From assembly GCA_051546255.1 (NCBI GenBank), contig CP128815.1, positions 1,922,001-1,986,000 on the forward strand: DNA of 64,000 nucleotides. Reading direction: 5' to 3'. The stretch's first letter is position 1. Each line of letters begins with the position of its first letter. Source of the stretch: Meyerozyma guilliermondii. Its lineage: Eukaryota. A model generated the notes under the pieces. The model was not told the DNA's origin and ran no database searches. It was given only the letters and a program-made list of their open reading frames with translations. The position numbers and the translations under genes are program-made. Shown in pieces: positions 22,667 to 33,093 of the stretch.

Positions 22667-23683
22667 ATGAAGCTTTTAGCCCTCGTATATTTGATGTCGT
22701 GTGTCCTTTGTAAGAATATTCTTCTTACGAACGATGACGGTTTCGCTGCTACCAACATCAGAGCCACCTACCGTGCGTTGAAGTCTGCCGGACACAATGT
22801 CGTTATGGTTGCTCCAGTATCTCAGAGATCGGGATGGAGTGGAAAGTTCGATGTTCCTTACACCAAGGACTTGATGACTGACGGTGAATTTGCCTACAAA
22901 GTCAAGGGAGACCCTGCTTGGGGACACGAACCAACCGACGTTGGTATCTGGTACTTCAACGGAACCCCAGCCAGCTGTGTTGGATTTGGATTGGACTACG
23001 TTCTTCCAAACTACTTCCAAGGTAAGACTTCAAACTCCAGTAACGTCACCATCGACAAGTTTGACTTGGTTGTGTCTGGTCCTAATGAGGGTGTTAACCT
23101 TTCTCCTGGTCTTTTCACCATTTCTGGTACCATTGGAGCTGCTGTATCTGCTGCATACCGTGGTGTTCCATCAATTGCTTTCTCTGGTTCCAACGGAAAC
23201 AACTCGTTTTTCAAGGACTCTTTGGATGAAGACAAATTGAACCCATCGAATATCTACGCCGACTTGGTTGTCGATTTCGTCGACCAACTCTTCGAGGCCC
23301 AACAAGAAGACGAGAGATTGTTGCCTCTTGGAACCGGTATCAATATCAACATGCCTCCTGTTGGTTACCAGAACGAGAGCTGTACTGCTCCGGAGTGGGT
23401 CTACACCAGAATCACTGGTCCTGATTCCACCTCTTCCACCGTCAAATTCAACGCTACTACTGGTTTGGTCAGCTCCGGCTCAAACAGCTCCAAGGCTCTT
23501 CTCGTGGACTACAACGGTCTTGACTTTTTGCCATCTGAAGCCTCAATTCTTAAAAGTGGTTGTAAGAGTTCTGTGTCTCTTTTCAGCATTGACTACGATG
23601 CACCAAAGAGATTGCAAAGAAAAATCCACAAGGCATTGAAGCCTCTCTTCAAGTCAGAAGACAACGATGATGACAACGAGTAG
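22667..23683 (+). CDS. Secreted SurE-family acid phosphatase/nucleotidase (Yarrowia PHO2-like)
   Basis: Signal peptide MKLLALVYLMSCVLC; NILLTNDDG, GTPASC, SGPNEGVN, SGTIGAA SurE motifs; several N-glycosylation sequons. Confidence 0.9.
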   Translation: MKLLALVYLMSCVLCKNILLTNDDGFAATNIRATYRALKSAGHNVVMVAPVSQRSGWSGKFDVPYTKDLMTDGEFAYKVKGDPAWGHEPTDVGIWYFNGTPASCVGFGLDYVLPNYFQGKTSNSSNVTIDKFDLVVSGPNEGVNLSPGLFTISGTIGAAVSAAYRGVPSIAFSGSNGNNSFFKDSLDEDKLNPSNIYADLVVDFVDQLFEAQQEDERLLPLGTGININMPPVGYQNESCTAPEWVYTRITGPDSTSSTVKFNATTGLVSSGSNSSKALLVDYNGLDFLPSEASILKSGCKSSVSLFSIDYDAPKRLQRKIHKALKPLFKSEDNDDDNE

Positions 23684-23852
23684 TTGTGGCTACCAACAGT
23701 ATTTTTGAATTCTTCCGTATATCCTTTTTCTCGATTTTTATACTCAAAATTTTCCCTCAATAAAATCATAGAATTTGCTCTGTTAATTGCTGCAAAATTT
23801 GTGCGGCTCATAAAATAATATAAAGCCTGCTGGGGTTGAAGCTGTCATCGAG

Positions 23853-24653
23853 ATGTTGACTAAATTGCTTCTTCTACTAGCTGCTATTGCATTAACCGTT
23901 GGAGATGTTCTACAAATCCAGGGCAGAAATTTTAAGGTATTCAAGGACGAAAATGAACTTGTTCAGTCCAAGTTCTGGTCCGAGCTTCTGCTCAAATCTA
24001 CCAAAATTGTGCCAGATTTACTCGTGTATGTCAACAGTACGGGCTCTGTCTACCTCACCAGAGAGGAACTGGCTGGCAAGAACTGGTCTCCATGGTTAAA
24101 ATACAGACATTACTTGCACCTTCAGGAAGTTCAATATGGTGACGACGAACAAGTCCACCGAGAAAATATTGCAATTTCTCCCTGTCTTGTGTCTTCTCTT
24201 TCCTCAGAGAACATGAGTTATACCTACACTCTCGGGTGGGACCTGTCTTTTGATATTAATTTTGGCCCAAGGGCAAGATATACCTACGATACAAGTGAGT
24301 TGGGAGCGTCCATCACCGCCAATGTGGGACTCTTGAAAACGTCAATTTCGAACTCGGGAAGTATCAAGTGCCAACCATCACAAAACGGGACGGTTCAGGT
24401 ATTTGGAACCATGACTCTTCGTTACTTTCCTGACGCCAAGCAACGAGAATGTAATTACAATGTTCGCAAGAAAAGATTCGAGCCGAAAAATTGGAACAAA
24501 ATTACCACCAAGGCTAATGGACGGGAGATTGACGGAGCCGTATTTTACGATTTGTCTAGTATGCCAGTGATGGAGTGTATCACAAAACGAGAATACCAAC
24601 AATGTAACAACGTTGCGGATTTGTTGGACACAGAATGGAATCCGTCCCGATGA
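23853..24653 (+). CDS. Secreted protein of unknown function, Cys-patterned and beta-rich
   Basis: 266 aa; hydrophobic signal MLTKLLLLLAAIALTVG; ISPC...GSIKC...GTVQVF...CITK...C pattern. Confidence 0.75.
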   Translation: MLTKLLLLLAAIALTVGDVLQIQGRNFKVFKDENELVQSKFWSELLLKSTKIVPDLLVYVNSTGSVYLTREELAGKNWSPWLKYRHYLHLQEVQYGDDEQVHRENIAISPCLVSSLSSENMSYTYTLGWDLSFDINFGPRARYTYDTSELGASITANVGLLKTSISNSGSIKCQPSQNGTVQVFGTMTLRYFPDAKQRECNYNVRKKRFEPKNWNKITTKANGREIDGAVFYDLSSMPVMECITKREYQQCNNVADLLDTEWNPSR

Positions 24654-24752
24654 AACCGATACCGAGCAAGAATGAATTATTATACATAATTAGTACTTTC
24701 GTATCCAATAAACTAAATCATGATCGTGAATGATTAGGCCATGTTCTATGGT

Positions 24753-25697
24753 TCACAAGAAGTATTCACTTCTCTGTTGTTTGCTGGTGTTATTTTTCAC
24801 CGCGAGATCTCCATCGGGAACGGCACTAAAAATTTTGAAATCCGACTCCAACTTGTCGTCCACCTTCATAACACTGGCTACATTTCCACACCTATAACAG
24901 TAGTTAGGCGCAGACCACACTGTGACAACGTCTTTTTCTTTAAAGTGGTAACGGAAACCTTCCATAACCAACTGGTGGGCTCGAGCTATCAAGTCCAAGT
25001 TGTTAATATGGTTAAATTCCCGACTCACCTTGGATCCAAAGAGCCACCCGGCACCTCTGGGAGAAACCGCCCATGTATCGACGTTGTCAGGGTCAGACCA
25101 AACCAAGTCACAGAAACCTCCTTCGTGGGGAACTTCCTGAGCTCTACTCAAGACTCTGATCTGGTCCAACATGCGAATTTCTGGCGACAAGCCTCCATGG
25201 ACACATAATATTTTACCATCAATGATAGCTGCCAACGTTAAGAAATCAAACACCTGGCAGCAGTACTTCCACACGGTGGTAGACCCGTATTTCGTCAAGC
25301 ATTCCTCGTAAAAACCGTACACCTGAGTGATTTGTCGTGATTCATGATTACCACGTACTAATGTGATCCGATGGGGATACTTCACCTTGAGCACCATGAG
25401 TAACGTGAAAGTTTCGAGCGAAAAATATCCTCTATCCACGTAATCGCCCAAGAAAATGTAGCTGGTGTTGTTGTCGTCTTCAGGCATTCCTCCAGAAATT
25501 CGAAAGAGTTCAAGAAGATCATGAAACTGTCCATGGATGTCACCGCAAACGGTTACTGGAGATTGTACAGGTTGAATATTCGACTCTTCCATCAAGAGTT
25601 CTTTGACAAGCTCACATAGCTGTTTCATATCGGCCTCTGAAAGTGCCACACATTTTTTGATCAGTTCTAGCCAGTGATCAGGACCCCGGTCACTCAT
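24753..25697 (-). CDS. SIT4: PP6-type Ser/Thr phosphatase Sit4
   Basis: [14 protein letters not shown]-terminus; [29 protein letters not shown]-terminal YFL. Confidence 0.95.
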   Translation of the reverse strand: MSDRGPDHWLELIKKCVALSEADMKQLCELVKELLMEESNIQPVQSPVTVCGDIHGQFHDLLELFRISGGMPEDDNNTSYIFLGDYVDRGYFSLETFTLLMVLKVKYPHRITLVRGNHESRQITQVYGFYEECLTKYGSTTVWKYCCQVFDFLTLAAIIDGKILCVHGGLSPEIRMLDQIRVLSRAQEVPHEGGFCDLVWSDPDNVDTWAVSPRGAGWLFGSKVSREFNHINNLDLIARAHQLVMEGFRYHFKEKDVVTVWSAPNYCYRCGNVASVMKVDDKLESDFKIFSAVPDGDLAVKNNTSKQQRSEYFL

Positions 25698-26054
25698 GTT
25701 GATTTTATGCTAGGATGAATATATTAGGGAAAAAGACCAAACACACGGTTTCGTGATGTGCAATTTGGTATAATAAGCTCACTACTGAATAGTTTTGCCT
25801 CTGTCTAAAGATCAGGGATTATTAATTGGTCTCGCCCAAAATGAGTTGGTGGGGAATTAATCAAAAATGCTTGAAAGTAGTATGGCGTCTACCAGTTGCA
25901 AACACAGCAGTCGATCAGAATCCACAAAAAACCAACCACCGCTCTAAATGGTAGGTATTGGTTAGTTATTCTTACCCAAGGTGCTCCGTCGACTTTTTCT
26001 GGCGGTCGTGCGCGGGCCCATCGATTTCGCAGACAAGGCCCGAAAAATTCACAA

Positions 26055-26642
26055 ATGAACAAAACCATGCTTCGCAGAACCGTGGCTGGTGCCATACGAG
26101 CACCGTCGTTGGTAGCCCGTTCATTTACAAATTCTGCTATAACGATGGCGGAGAATCCACTTCCTTCGTCACCAGAAATGAAAAGTGAAAGTGCGTGGAC
26201 CAAGGACACCACGAGCAACAGCAGTTCGGTTGTAAGTCAGGTTGTGGGATTAGCACGCACGATCCAAGAAAGCTCTCAACCCCCAGTACACATAGATACC
26301 ATGTTCACCAAGCGGTTTGGCGTGGGCGAAACTTATGACCCATTTGACTTTTCCAACGATAAATTAGACATCCAAAAAAGAGAAAGAAGATCAGCACGAG
26401 CATCAGGTACATCCAGAGACCCATTTGAAAACGCCGGTATTGATCCTTTGGACGTGTATATGATGCCAGAGTTGTTGTCGCGGTTTTTAAGCTCCACAGG
26501 ACAGATATTACCACGAGAAATCACCGGTTGCAACAACAAAAACCAGAGAAAGCTCTCAATGGCCATCAAGCGAGCACGGGCATGCGGATTACTTTCTTCC
26601 GTCCACAGACATGCGCGGTTCTTGCCCACGCGAAACATGTAA
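26055..26642 (+). CDS. RSM18: Mitochondrial ribosomal protein bS18m
   Basis: Presequence-like MNKTMLRRT (alternative ATG 26067); YDPFDFS, LSRFLSSTGQILPREITG, NQRKLSMAIKRARACGLL S18 signature. Confidence 0.9.
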   Translation: MNKTMLRRTVAGAIRAPSLVARSFTNSAITMAENPLPSSPEMKSESAWTKDTTSNSSSVVSQVVGLARTIQESSQPPVHIDTMFTKRFGVGETYDPFDFSNDKLDIQKRERRSARASGTSRDPFENAGIDPLDVYMMPELLSRFLSSTGQILPREITGCNNKNQRKLSMAIKRARACGLLSSVHRHARFLPTRNM

Positions 26643-26786
26643 ATAGATACTACGACTACTATACTACGGTTACTACGGCTACACTACAGCCTGTCCTGCT
26701 AAATTTGCATCTTGTCGCTCCTGCACACGCCTTTGTGTAACTTGTTCTATCCAATGGCGCAAGCTCGCCAATTAACCCTGTTCACT

Positions 26787-27029
26787 ATGTTGACTCAAAT
26801 TATTGCCAGACGTGCTGCTGTAACCTCCGTTAGGTCGTTTTCTTCTGCCAGAGTGCTTGCCGCCGAAGGTAGCCAGAATGATGCTTTTTCCGACAGAGAA
26901 AAGGCCCAGGAAAACATGTACATCAAGAAGCAAGAAAAGGAACAATTGAGAAAGTTGAGAGAAAAGTTGCAGAAACAAAAGGAATCCATCGACAAGTTGG
27001 AGGAGGAAATCAACAAGATTAAGAATTAA
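26787..27029 (+). CDS. INH1: Mitochondrial F1Fo ATPase inhibitor (Inh1/Stf1 family)
   Basis: 80 aa; presequence then AEGS, DAFSDREKAQENMYIKKQEKEQLRKLREKL coiled coil. Confidence 0.9.
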   Translation: MLTQIIARRAAVTSVRSFSSARVLAAEGSQNDAFSDREKAQENMYIKKQEKEQLRKLREKLQKQKESIDKLEEEINKIKN

Positions 27030-27123
27030 GTAGCTAATCATAGTTTTTACTGAGTGTAGGAACGACTTGAGTAGTGGGTGGTGATGTGGGTTTGTGCAAT
27101 TGGAGAGGACGCAATTAAGCTAC

Positions 27124-27270
27124 ATTGAAGCTGTCGAGTTCATTGAGTGCCTTGAGTGCAATTGAGCTAAATTGAGCTAAACTGGATGCTATTGAGTGAA
27201 TTGAGCTAGATTGGATGCCATTGAGTGAATTGAGTGTATTGATTCACCTGAGTGCAATAGAGTGAACTGC
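27124..27270. repeat. Degenerate ATTGAG-core minisatellite with 29-bp higher-order duplication
   Basis: ATTGAG/ATTGGA cores every 9-10 bp; 27171-27199 and 27200-27228 differ at 3 positions. Confidence 0.75.
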
Positions 27271-28033
27271 AGGCATCTGTTACTCAACCGATACAGTATT
27301 GCCAAACTCACTCCCTGAACTCTGTCATGTATTCACCGAAGTCCAAGCGCCAAGCTTCATCCATTGACATCGCTTAACTCACCCTGAAGTCGAAGCTTAT
27401 TATTTCGCGAAGAACTTTAAATCAGAATCGCCCCGCAAAATTCAAGCTCGTCTTAGCACTTTTCCAATTTGCAACCAGACACACAGCTAAGTCTAGTTAA
27501 TGACAAGTTACTCTACATTTCAATTACTTGAAAACAGAGTGGCTGTTGTTTGGATATGAATGATTTGAAAAGCCTCATAAATCTTAAATTTTGCAGACGT
27601 TGCAAATTATCTGATTAGTACGTGGAGCTCCACTGATTCGCTTATGCTTTTTGCAATTTGTTTCGGAATAATTTTCGAAGTTGACAAGTGATACCAGAAG
27701 TAATATACTGGTGAAGGTATCTACTACTGTTATTTTTTTCAGTTTAGCCCAAATCAACAAGAATGCATTGAGAATTAGGAGAGGATTTGCTCTACGATGA
27801 TGATTTAGAGTTTATTCACAAAATCAAAAATTGATTTCATGAAATGTCCCACCAAAATGGTCTCCCATCGCTTTCCTTACTGATGACAAATTGAGCTTCT
27901 TGCTTAGTATTCTTATTTGCTCATATAGTGACGTGCGGCGCACGGCTCACCTGCTTCAGATCCATGTCAGATTCTATAAATACTGTTTGAAAGAACAAAT
28001 ATGGTGAACCTGCTGACAGCTGTACTGGTATAG

Positions 28034-28260
28034 ATGCCTGCAGTGTTTGTGTCTGCTTCCAAGGGTATAATTTCTCATGACCTTGTGAAACAGCTACTAG
28101 AGCAAGATTGCAAAATTCTAGGATTAGTTGGATGTGATGAAGAAGGTGAGGCATTGGTGCGCGAGTTAAGGTCCTCTAGCTTTGTTTATGAAGTAGTTGG
28201 GTCTCTTCATAAGAACAAATTATGTACTGATGTTCAACTACACGATAAGTTGAGATTGTC
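28034..28260 (+). pseudogene. Degenerate N-terminal fragment of a Gre2-like NADPH reductase (extended SDR), in frame with the MFS gene
   Basis: VFVSASKGIISHDLVKQLLEQDCKILGLV..DEEGEAL....SSSFVYEVV aligns by eye with Gre2 [38 protein letters not shown]....KFSMEVV. Confidence 0.7.
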
Positions 28261-29836
28261 AGAGGATAGCTCGGAAAAGTACTCCATATTACCGATCATT
28301 ATGAACCTTGACAGTGCAGATTATTCTTCGTCTTTGTCCACTAGTATAAGTAGTACGAGCCATCGTGAGCAAAATGCTAAAAACCTTGAGAAAGAGTACC
28401 CATTTCCAGTTGAAGATCGTTCTATTTACGCAGTTTCTTACAATGGCCAAGATGATCCTGCTCATCCGTTCAACTGGTCCTCCAAGAAGAAAATTCTGGT
28501 TTGTTTAACAGCAGGATTAACAGCATTTTCAATCTCTTTGGGATCTGCCATGTTTGCCGCAGGAAGCCTTCAAGTTCAAGAAGAATATCTTGTGGGAGAT
28601 ACTGTGGGTACACTAGGTACATCGTTGTTTGTATTTGGGTTTGCTTCCGGTCCTGTCATTTGGGGTCCTTTATCGGAATTGTTCGGTCGAAGGATGGCCA
28701 TGATCCCATCGTGCTTCGGTTACGTTTTATTCACGTTTGCCGTGGCCTCAGCCCAAGATATCCAGACCATCATGATCTGCCGCTTTTTTGCTGGCTTTAT
28801 AGGTGGAGCAGCCTTTGTAATTGGTCCAGCCGTGTTGGCGGATATGTTTCGTGCCGAAAAAAGAGGAGAAGCGATGTCACTTTTTGGCATTGTTGTATTT
28901 GGTGGACCCATGGTTGCACCTATTTTGGGTGCTTTTATAACCAAGAACCCCCATTTAGGCTGGAGATGGACTTCGTATATTACAGGATTAGTGGCTGCTC
29001 TTGCCAATATCTTGGTAATACTCTTTTTGGACGAAACCCATCATCCAATAGTCTTAGTCCAGAAGGCAGTTGAATTAAGAAACAGAACAGGTAATTGGGC
29101 TATTTTTGCTCCCCATGAAGAGTTTAACTTGACACTAAAGGAAATTGCAGAGAAAAACATTACAAGACCAATTTACATGTTGTTCACCGAACCAATTTTG
29201 TTCTTGGTGACATTATACAATGCTTTCATTTATGGTATATTGTATCTCATGTTGACAGCAATGCCGTTGATATTTGTTGGAAAGTATCATTTTAGAGCAG
29301 GTGTTGGAGAACTACCTTATGTGTCGATGCTTTTAGGTGTGATTGTTGGTGCAATTATTACACTTTTCTTTGAAAAACGATTCAAAAGAATTATGAGAGC
29401 AAACAACAACATTGCAATTCCAGAGGAAAGACTTCCGCCAATGATGGTTGGTTCATTCTTTTTCGCTATAGGCCTATTTTGGCTAGGTTGGACTGGTGAC
29501 TACCCTGACAAAATTCATTGGATGGTCCCCACAGTCGGTTCATCGTTTATTGGCTGTGGTTTAATATTGATCTTCCTACCTTGTTTGAACTATATAATTG
29601 ACTGTTACTTGGTGTTTGCGGCTTCGGCTTTGGCAGGAAACACTTTGCTTCGTTCAGCATTTGGAGCAGCGTTTCCACTTTTTGCTCGTCCTATGTTTGA
29701 GAATATGCACATAAAATGGGCAAGCACTTTGCTAGGTGCGTTTGCCGTATTGATGATTCCGGTCCCTTTCGGGTTCTACAAATACGGTAAGAAAGCAAGA
29801 CAAAAATCCAAGTTTACATTTGACCAAGTGATCTGA
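28034..29836 (+). CDS. MFS DHA1 drug/polyamine:H+ antiporter (FLU1/TPO1-like) with Gre2-like N-terminal extension
   Basis: DDPAHPFNW, GPLSELFGRR, CRFFAGF, WRW, ETHHP, PEERL motifs; alternative internal start at 28301 (MNLDSAD). Confidence 0.92.
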   Translation: MPAVFVSASKGIISHDLVKQLLEQDCKILGLVGCDEEGEALVRELRSSSFVYEVVGSLHKNKLCTDVQLHDKLRLSEDSSEKYSILPIIMNLDSADYSSSLSTSISSTSHREQNAKNLEKEYPFPVEDRSIYAVSYNGQDDPAHPFNWSSKKKILVCLTAGLTAFSISLGSAMFAAGSLQVQEEYLVGDTVGTLGTSLFVFGFASGPVIWGPLSELFGRRMAMIPSCFGYVLFTFAVASAQDIQTIMICRFFAGFIGGAAFVIGPAVLADMFRAEKRGEAMSLFGIVVFGGPMVAPILGAFITKNPHLGWRWTSYITGLVAALANILVILFLDETHHPIVLVQKAVELRNRTGNWAIFAPHEEFNLTLKEIAEKNITRPIYMLFTEPILFLVTLYNAFIYGILYLMLTAMPLIFVGKYHFRAGVGELPYVSMLLGVIVGAIITLFFEKRFKRIMRANNNIAIPEERLPPMMVGSFFFAIGLFWLGWTGDYPDKIHWMVPTVGSSFIGCGLILIFLPCLNYIIDCYLVFAASALAGNTLLRSAFGAAFPLFARPMFENMHIKWASTLLGAFAVLMIPVPFGFYKYGKKARQKSKFTFDQVI

Positions 29837-30286
29837 GCTGCTTTACCAGTATAGCTATATGGCGATGGGCTCTAACACTATTTATAGATGGTTGTTTTAT
29901 GGCATTATGAATATATATTTATCACAGAATCTCAATCAGAAGAAGTAAACGGCTCCCTAAATATCTACCAAAAGTAAGAATTTTAGGAGTTTTAGTAATA
30001 AAGACAAGAATATTTGCAGCAATTAGAGTTAGTACACTCAGTGCTGATTAGATTTGCAATTTTTCAATTTTGTGAATTTCTTGAAAAGGTCAAATTACCT
30101 ATTTCAGAATGCTACAATGTTCTTCATCTTTTCAGTCCCTCTTTTTTATCTTATCCTTTTATCTCTTTTTCGTTATCTTCTCTCTTGCTACCGATCTTAA
30201 TATACTTTCCGCATTCGGTAATCACCTGCATCGAAGCCGTTGTGCGGCAATACCGCCATCTCATCTGGTTATTCTGGCAAAACGAT

Positions 30287-31537
30287 ATGGGGTTCAAGGC
30301 CAGTTTTAATGCGTTCATTTACTCCATAAACACACCTCCGCCATCCCCAGATCCTGCGAAAACCTCAAAGCCTCGAAAGTGCCATACAAAAACCACTACA
30401 AGCGATTCTTCTCAACGCCAACATGGCCAAATATTTGAAAGTATTCCTTCACAAACCACACAGCGATCAGAAAGACAAGCTGCTCGGGATAGAAACAGAT
30501 CTGGGCCTGGTGCAGAAGCTGAGTTTGTGGAACTTCAACATTCTAGTCAACAAGTGGTGAGTTTTGAAGACCCAACTTCTGGCCCAAGACGACCAGACCG
30601 GGAATCTCGGAGACACCGTTCACGAGCATACGGAAACCGTCCAAGAGCCGGTGAAAGAGCTAGCGGACGACCTACGAGAGAAGCTAGTGAAACTCTGGAA
30701 CACCATAGAAACCTGGAGAGGCGAGAGGCTCGCCGAGAAAGGGCACGTCGAAGAACTGGAGAAAGACTACAGGAACGAGACGGCAGAGAAAGAACTCGAG
30801 AAAGAGACAGCAGAGAGAGGGCTCAGGAAAGAGGCAATGACAGAACTCGGGAAAGAAACAACCGAGACCGAAGTAGTCGAGACAGACCTCGCGAGAGGAC
30901 CGCTCGTCGTGAGGAAAGAACGGTCCCCAGACGCAACCGAGACCACACTGGTCGCAGAAGAAACCAGATCAACCCTGCCTTTCCTCCTCCAATTAATATC
31001 CAGGAAGCCACCAGTATAAGAATTCGACGCCCAGTCCCGCTGATGCCACTGCCTCCACAAGAACCTGACCAGTCGCCCATTTCATCACTTTCAACACCAT
31101 CTACGCTTCCGGAAGATTCCTCCGACGAGGTCCCCGAATACGACGTGAACGATATCGAGATCCCTCCGTATCGGGCTTCACTTCACAAGTACCTCGACTT
31201 GATGTCGTTTGACCCTCGGTTTGTCCCCTGTCTACGGATCAACCGGTCGCTTGTACGCAACCACGATAAGCTCCAGGAATCCATCCATGAATTCAAACGG
31301 TTCAACAAACTTCCTAATTCGGTAGATCTCTGGAAGATCAACCATGTAGACGATGCTCACTTTGACGATATTCTTCCCGACCTCATTCCCTATCCACTGC
31401 CACCAAGACAACGCCATGAAACGAACCACGAAAGCGAGCTACAGCCTCATGAATTACAAGCAATCAATGATTATGACTATGCCCTATTCTTGGAGCAACA
31501 AGAACAAGCAATGGCCCACCAATACGTGCGAGCGTGA
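30287..31537 (+). CDS. Hypothetical Arg/Glu-rich low-complexity protein
   Basis: 416 aa from ATG 30287 (MGFKAS); long RE/RD-rich tract, Pro-rich segment, VPEY/IPPY motifs. Confidence 0.7.
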   Translation: MGFKASFNAFIYSINTPPPSPDPAKTSKPRKCHTKTTTSDSSQRQHGQIFESIPSQTTQRSERQAARDRNRSGPGAEAEFVELQHSSQQVVSFEDPTSGPRRPDRESRRHRSRAYGNRPRAGERASGRPTREASETLEHHRNLERREARRERARRRTGERLQERDGRERTRERDSRERAQERGNDRTRERNNRDRSSRDRPRERTARREERTVPRRNRDHTGRRRNQINPAFPPPINIQEATSIRIRRPVPLMPLPPQEPDQSPISSLSTPSTLPEDSSDEVPEYDVNDIEIPPYRASLHKYLDLMSFDPRFVPCLRINRSLVRNHDKLQESIHEFKRFNKLPNSVDLWKINHVDDAHFDDILPDLIPYPLPPRQRHETNHESELQPHELQAINDYDYALFLEQQEQAMAHQYVRA

Positions 31538-31620
31538 TGAGACGACTAATGACAAAAGTTAATATTTAATGTATCCATATATCTAAACTCTCATTTCGTA
31601 AAGTACGTCTACTAGCTCCC

Positions 31621-31670
31621 ATTGACCATTGATTCACTGACTCCACTGAATCTACTGACTCTATTGATTT
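31621..31670 (+). promoter_or_regulatory. Gcn4-like TGACTC array upstream of homocitrate synthase
   Basis: TGACTC at 31638 and 31656 within a 9-10 bp periodic TGA(C/T/A)TC-like array; lysine genes are Gcn4 targets. Confidence 0.55.
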
Positions 31671-31752
31671 CCACTCTCATCTCGCACACCCCAGGCACCC
31701 GAGCAAATTCTCAATCTCAATCTCAAATTTCAATTCTCATTCTCCCATCACC

Positions 31753-33063
31753 ATGCCAGAAGGCTTCACCAAGGTTACAGAGGACGTGCACAAGCCAGAG
31801 GTCCAGAACCCATATGGACCCAACCCTGCGGACTTCCTTTCTAATGTCAGCGAGTTCGAGTTGATCGAATCCACTTTGAGAGAGGGAGAACAATTTGCAA
31901 ATGCTTTCTTCAGCACCGAAAAAAAGATCGAAATTGCCAAGGCTTTAGACGACTTTGGAGTCGATTACATCGAGTTAACGTCGCCCGTTGCCAGTGAACA
32001 GAGTCGTAGAGACTGTGAGGCTATTTGCAAGCTTGGACTCAGAGCCAAGATTTTGACTCACATTAGATGCCATATGGACGATGCCAAGGTTGCGGTCGAA
32101 ACTGGAGTAGATGGCGTGGATGTGGTTATTGGAACTTCTCAGTTCCTCAGACAGTACTCTCACGGAAAGGATATGAACTATATTGCCCAGCTGGCTGTTG
32201 AAGTGATTGAGTTTGTTAAGTCGAAGGGCATCGAAATCAGATTTTCTTCCGAAGATTCATTTAGATCTGACTTGGTTGATTTGCTCAACATCTACCGAAC
32301 CGTCGACAAGATTGGTGTGAACCGTGTGGGTATTGCCGACACTGTAGGCTGTGCTAACCCTCGTCAAGTGTACGAATTGGTAAGAACGTTGAAGTCCGTT
32401 GTCAAATGTGACATCGAGTGCCATTTCCACAACGATACTGGATGTGCTATTGCCAACGCTTACACTGCTCTCGAAGGTGGCGCTAAGCTCATCGATGTGT
32501 CTGTGTTAGGAATCGGTGAAAGAAATGGTATCACTCCATTGGGAGGCTTAATGGCTAGAATGATCGCTGCTGACCGTGATTATGTCTTGTCCAAGTACAA
32601 GTTGCACAAGTTGAGAGACTTGGAAAATTTGGTAGCTGAGGCAGTCCAGGTGAACATTCCTTTCAACAACCCTATCACTGGGTTCTGTGCTTTCACTCAC
32701 AAGGCTGGTATTCATGCCAAAGCCATCTTGGCCAATCCATCCACTTACGAGATTCTCAACCCATCTGATTTCGGTTTGACTCGTTACATTCACTTTGCCA
32801 ATCGTTTGACCGGATGGAATGCCATCAAGTCACGAGTGGACCAGTTGAACTTGCACTTGACCGACGAGCAGTGTAAGGAGGTTACCAATAAAATCAAAAA
32901 GTTGGGTGATGTGCGTTCGTTGAACATCGATGATGTTGATTCCATTATCAAGGACTTCCATGCCGACTTGACCACGCCTGCTGTCAGACCCACCATCGGC
33001 GAGCCCGTTCCTCATGTTATTGAAGGGTTGGACGAGTCTGCTGCTAAGCGTGCTAAACAGTAA
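31753..33063 (+). CDS. LYS21: Homocitrate synthase (LYS20/LYS21 family)
   Basis: [45 protein letters not shown]. Confidence 0.95.
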   Translation: MPEGFTKVTEDVHKPEVQNPYGPNPADFLSNVSEFELIESTLREGEQFANAFFSTEKKIEIAKALDDFGVDYIELTSPVASEQSRRDCEAICKLGLRAKILTHIRCHMDDAKVAVETGVDGVDVVIGTSQFLRQYSHGKDMNYIAQLAVEVIEFVKSKGIEIRFSSEDSFRSDLVDLLNIYRTVDKIGVNRVGIADTVGCANPRQVYELVRTLKSVVKCDIECHFHNDTGCAIANAYTALEGGAKLIDVSVLGIGERNGITPLGGLMARMIAADRDYVLSKYKLHKLRDLENLVAEAVQVNIPFNNPITGFCAFTHKAGIHAKAILANPSTYEILNPSDFGLTRYIHFANRLTGWNAIKSRVDQLNLHLTDEQCKEVTNKIKKLGDVRSLNIDDVDSIIKDFHADLTTPAVRPTIGEPVPHVIEGLDESAAKRAKQ

Positions 33064-33093
33064 TTTATGTATACAACAATCTTATATTTCGTT

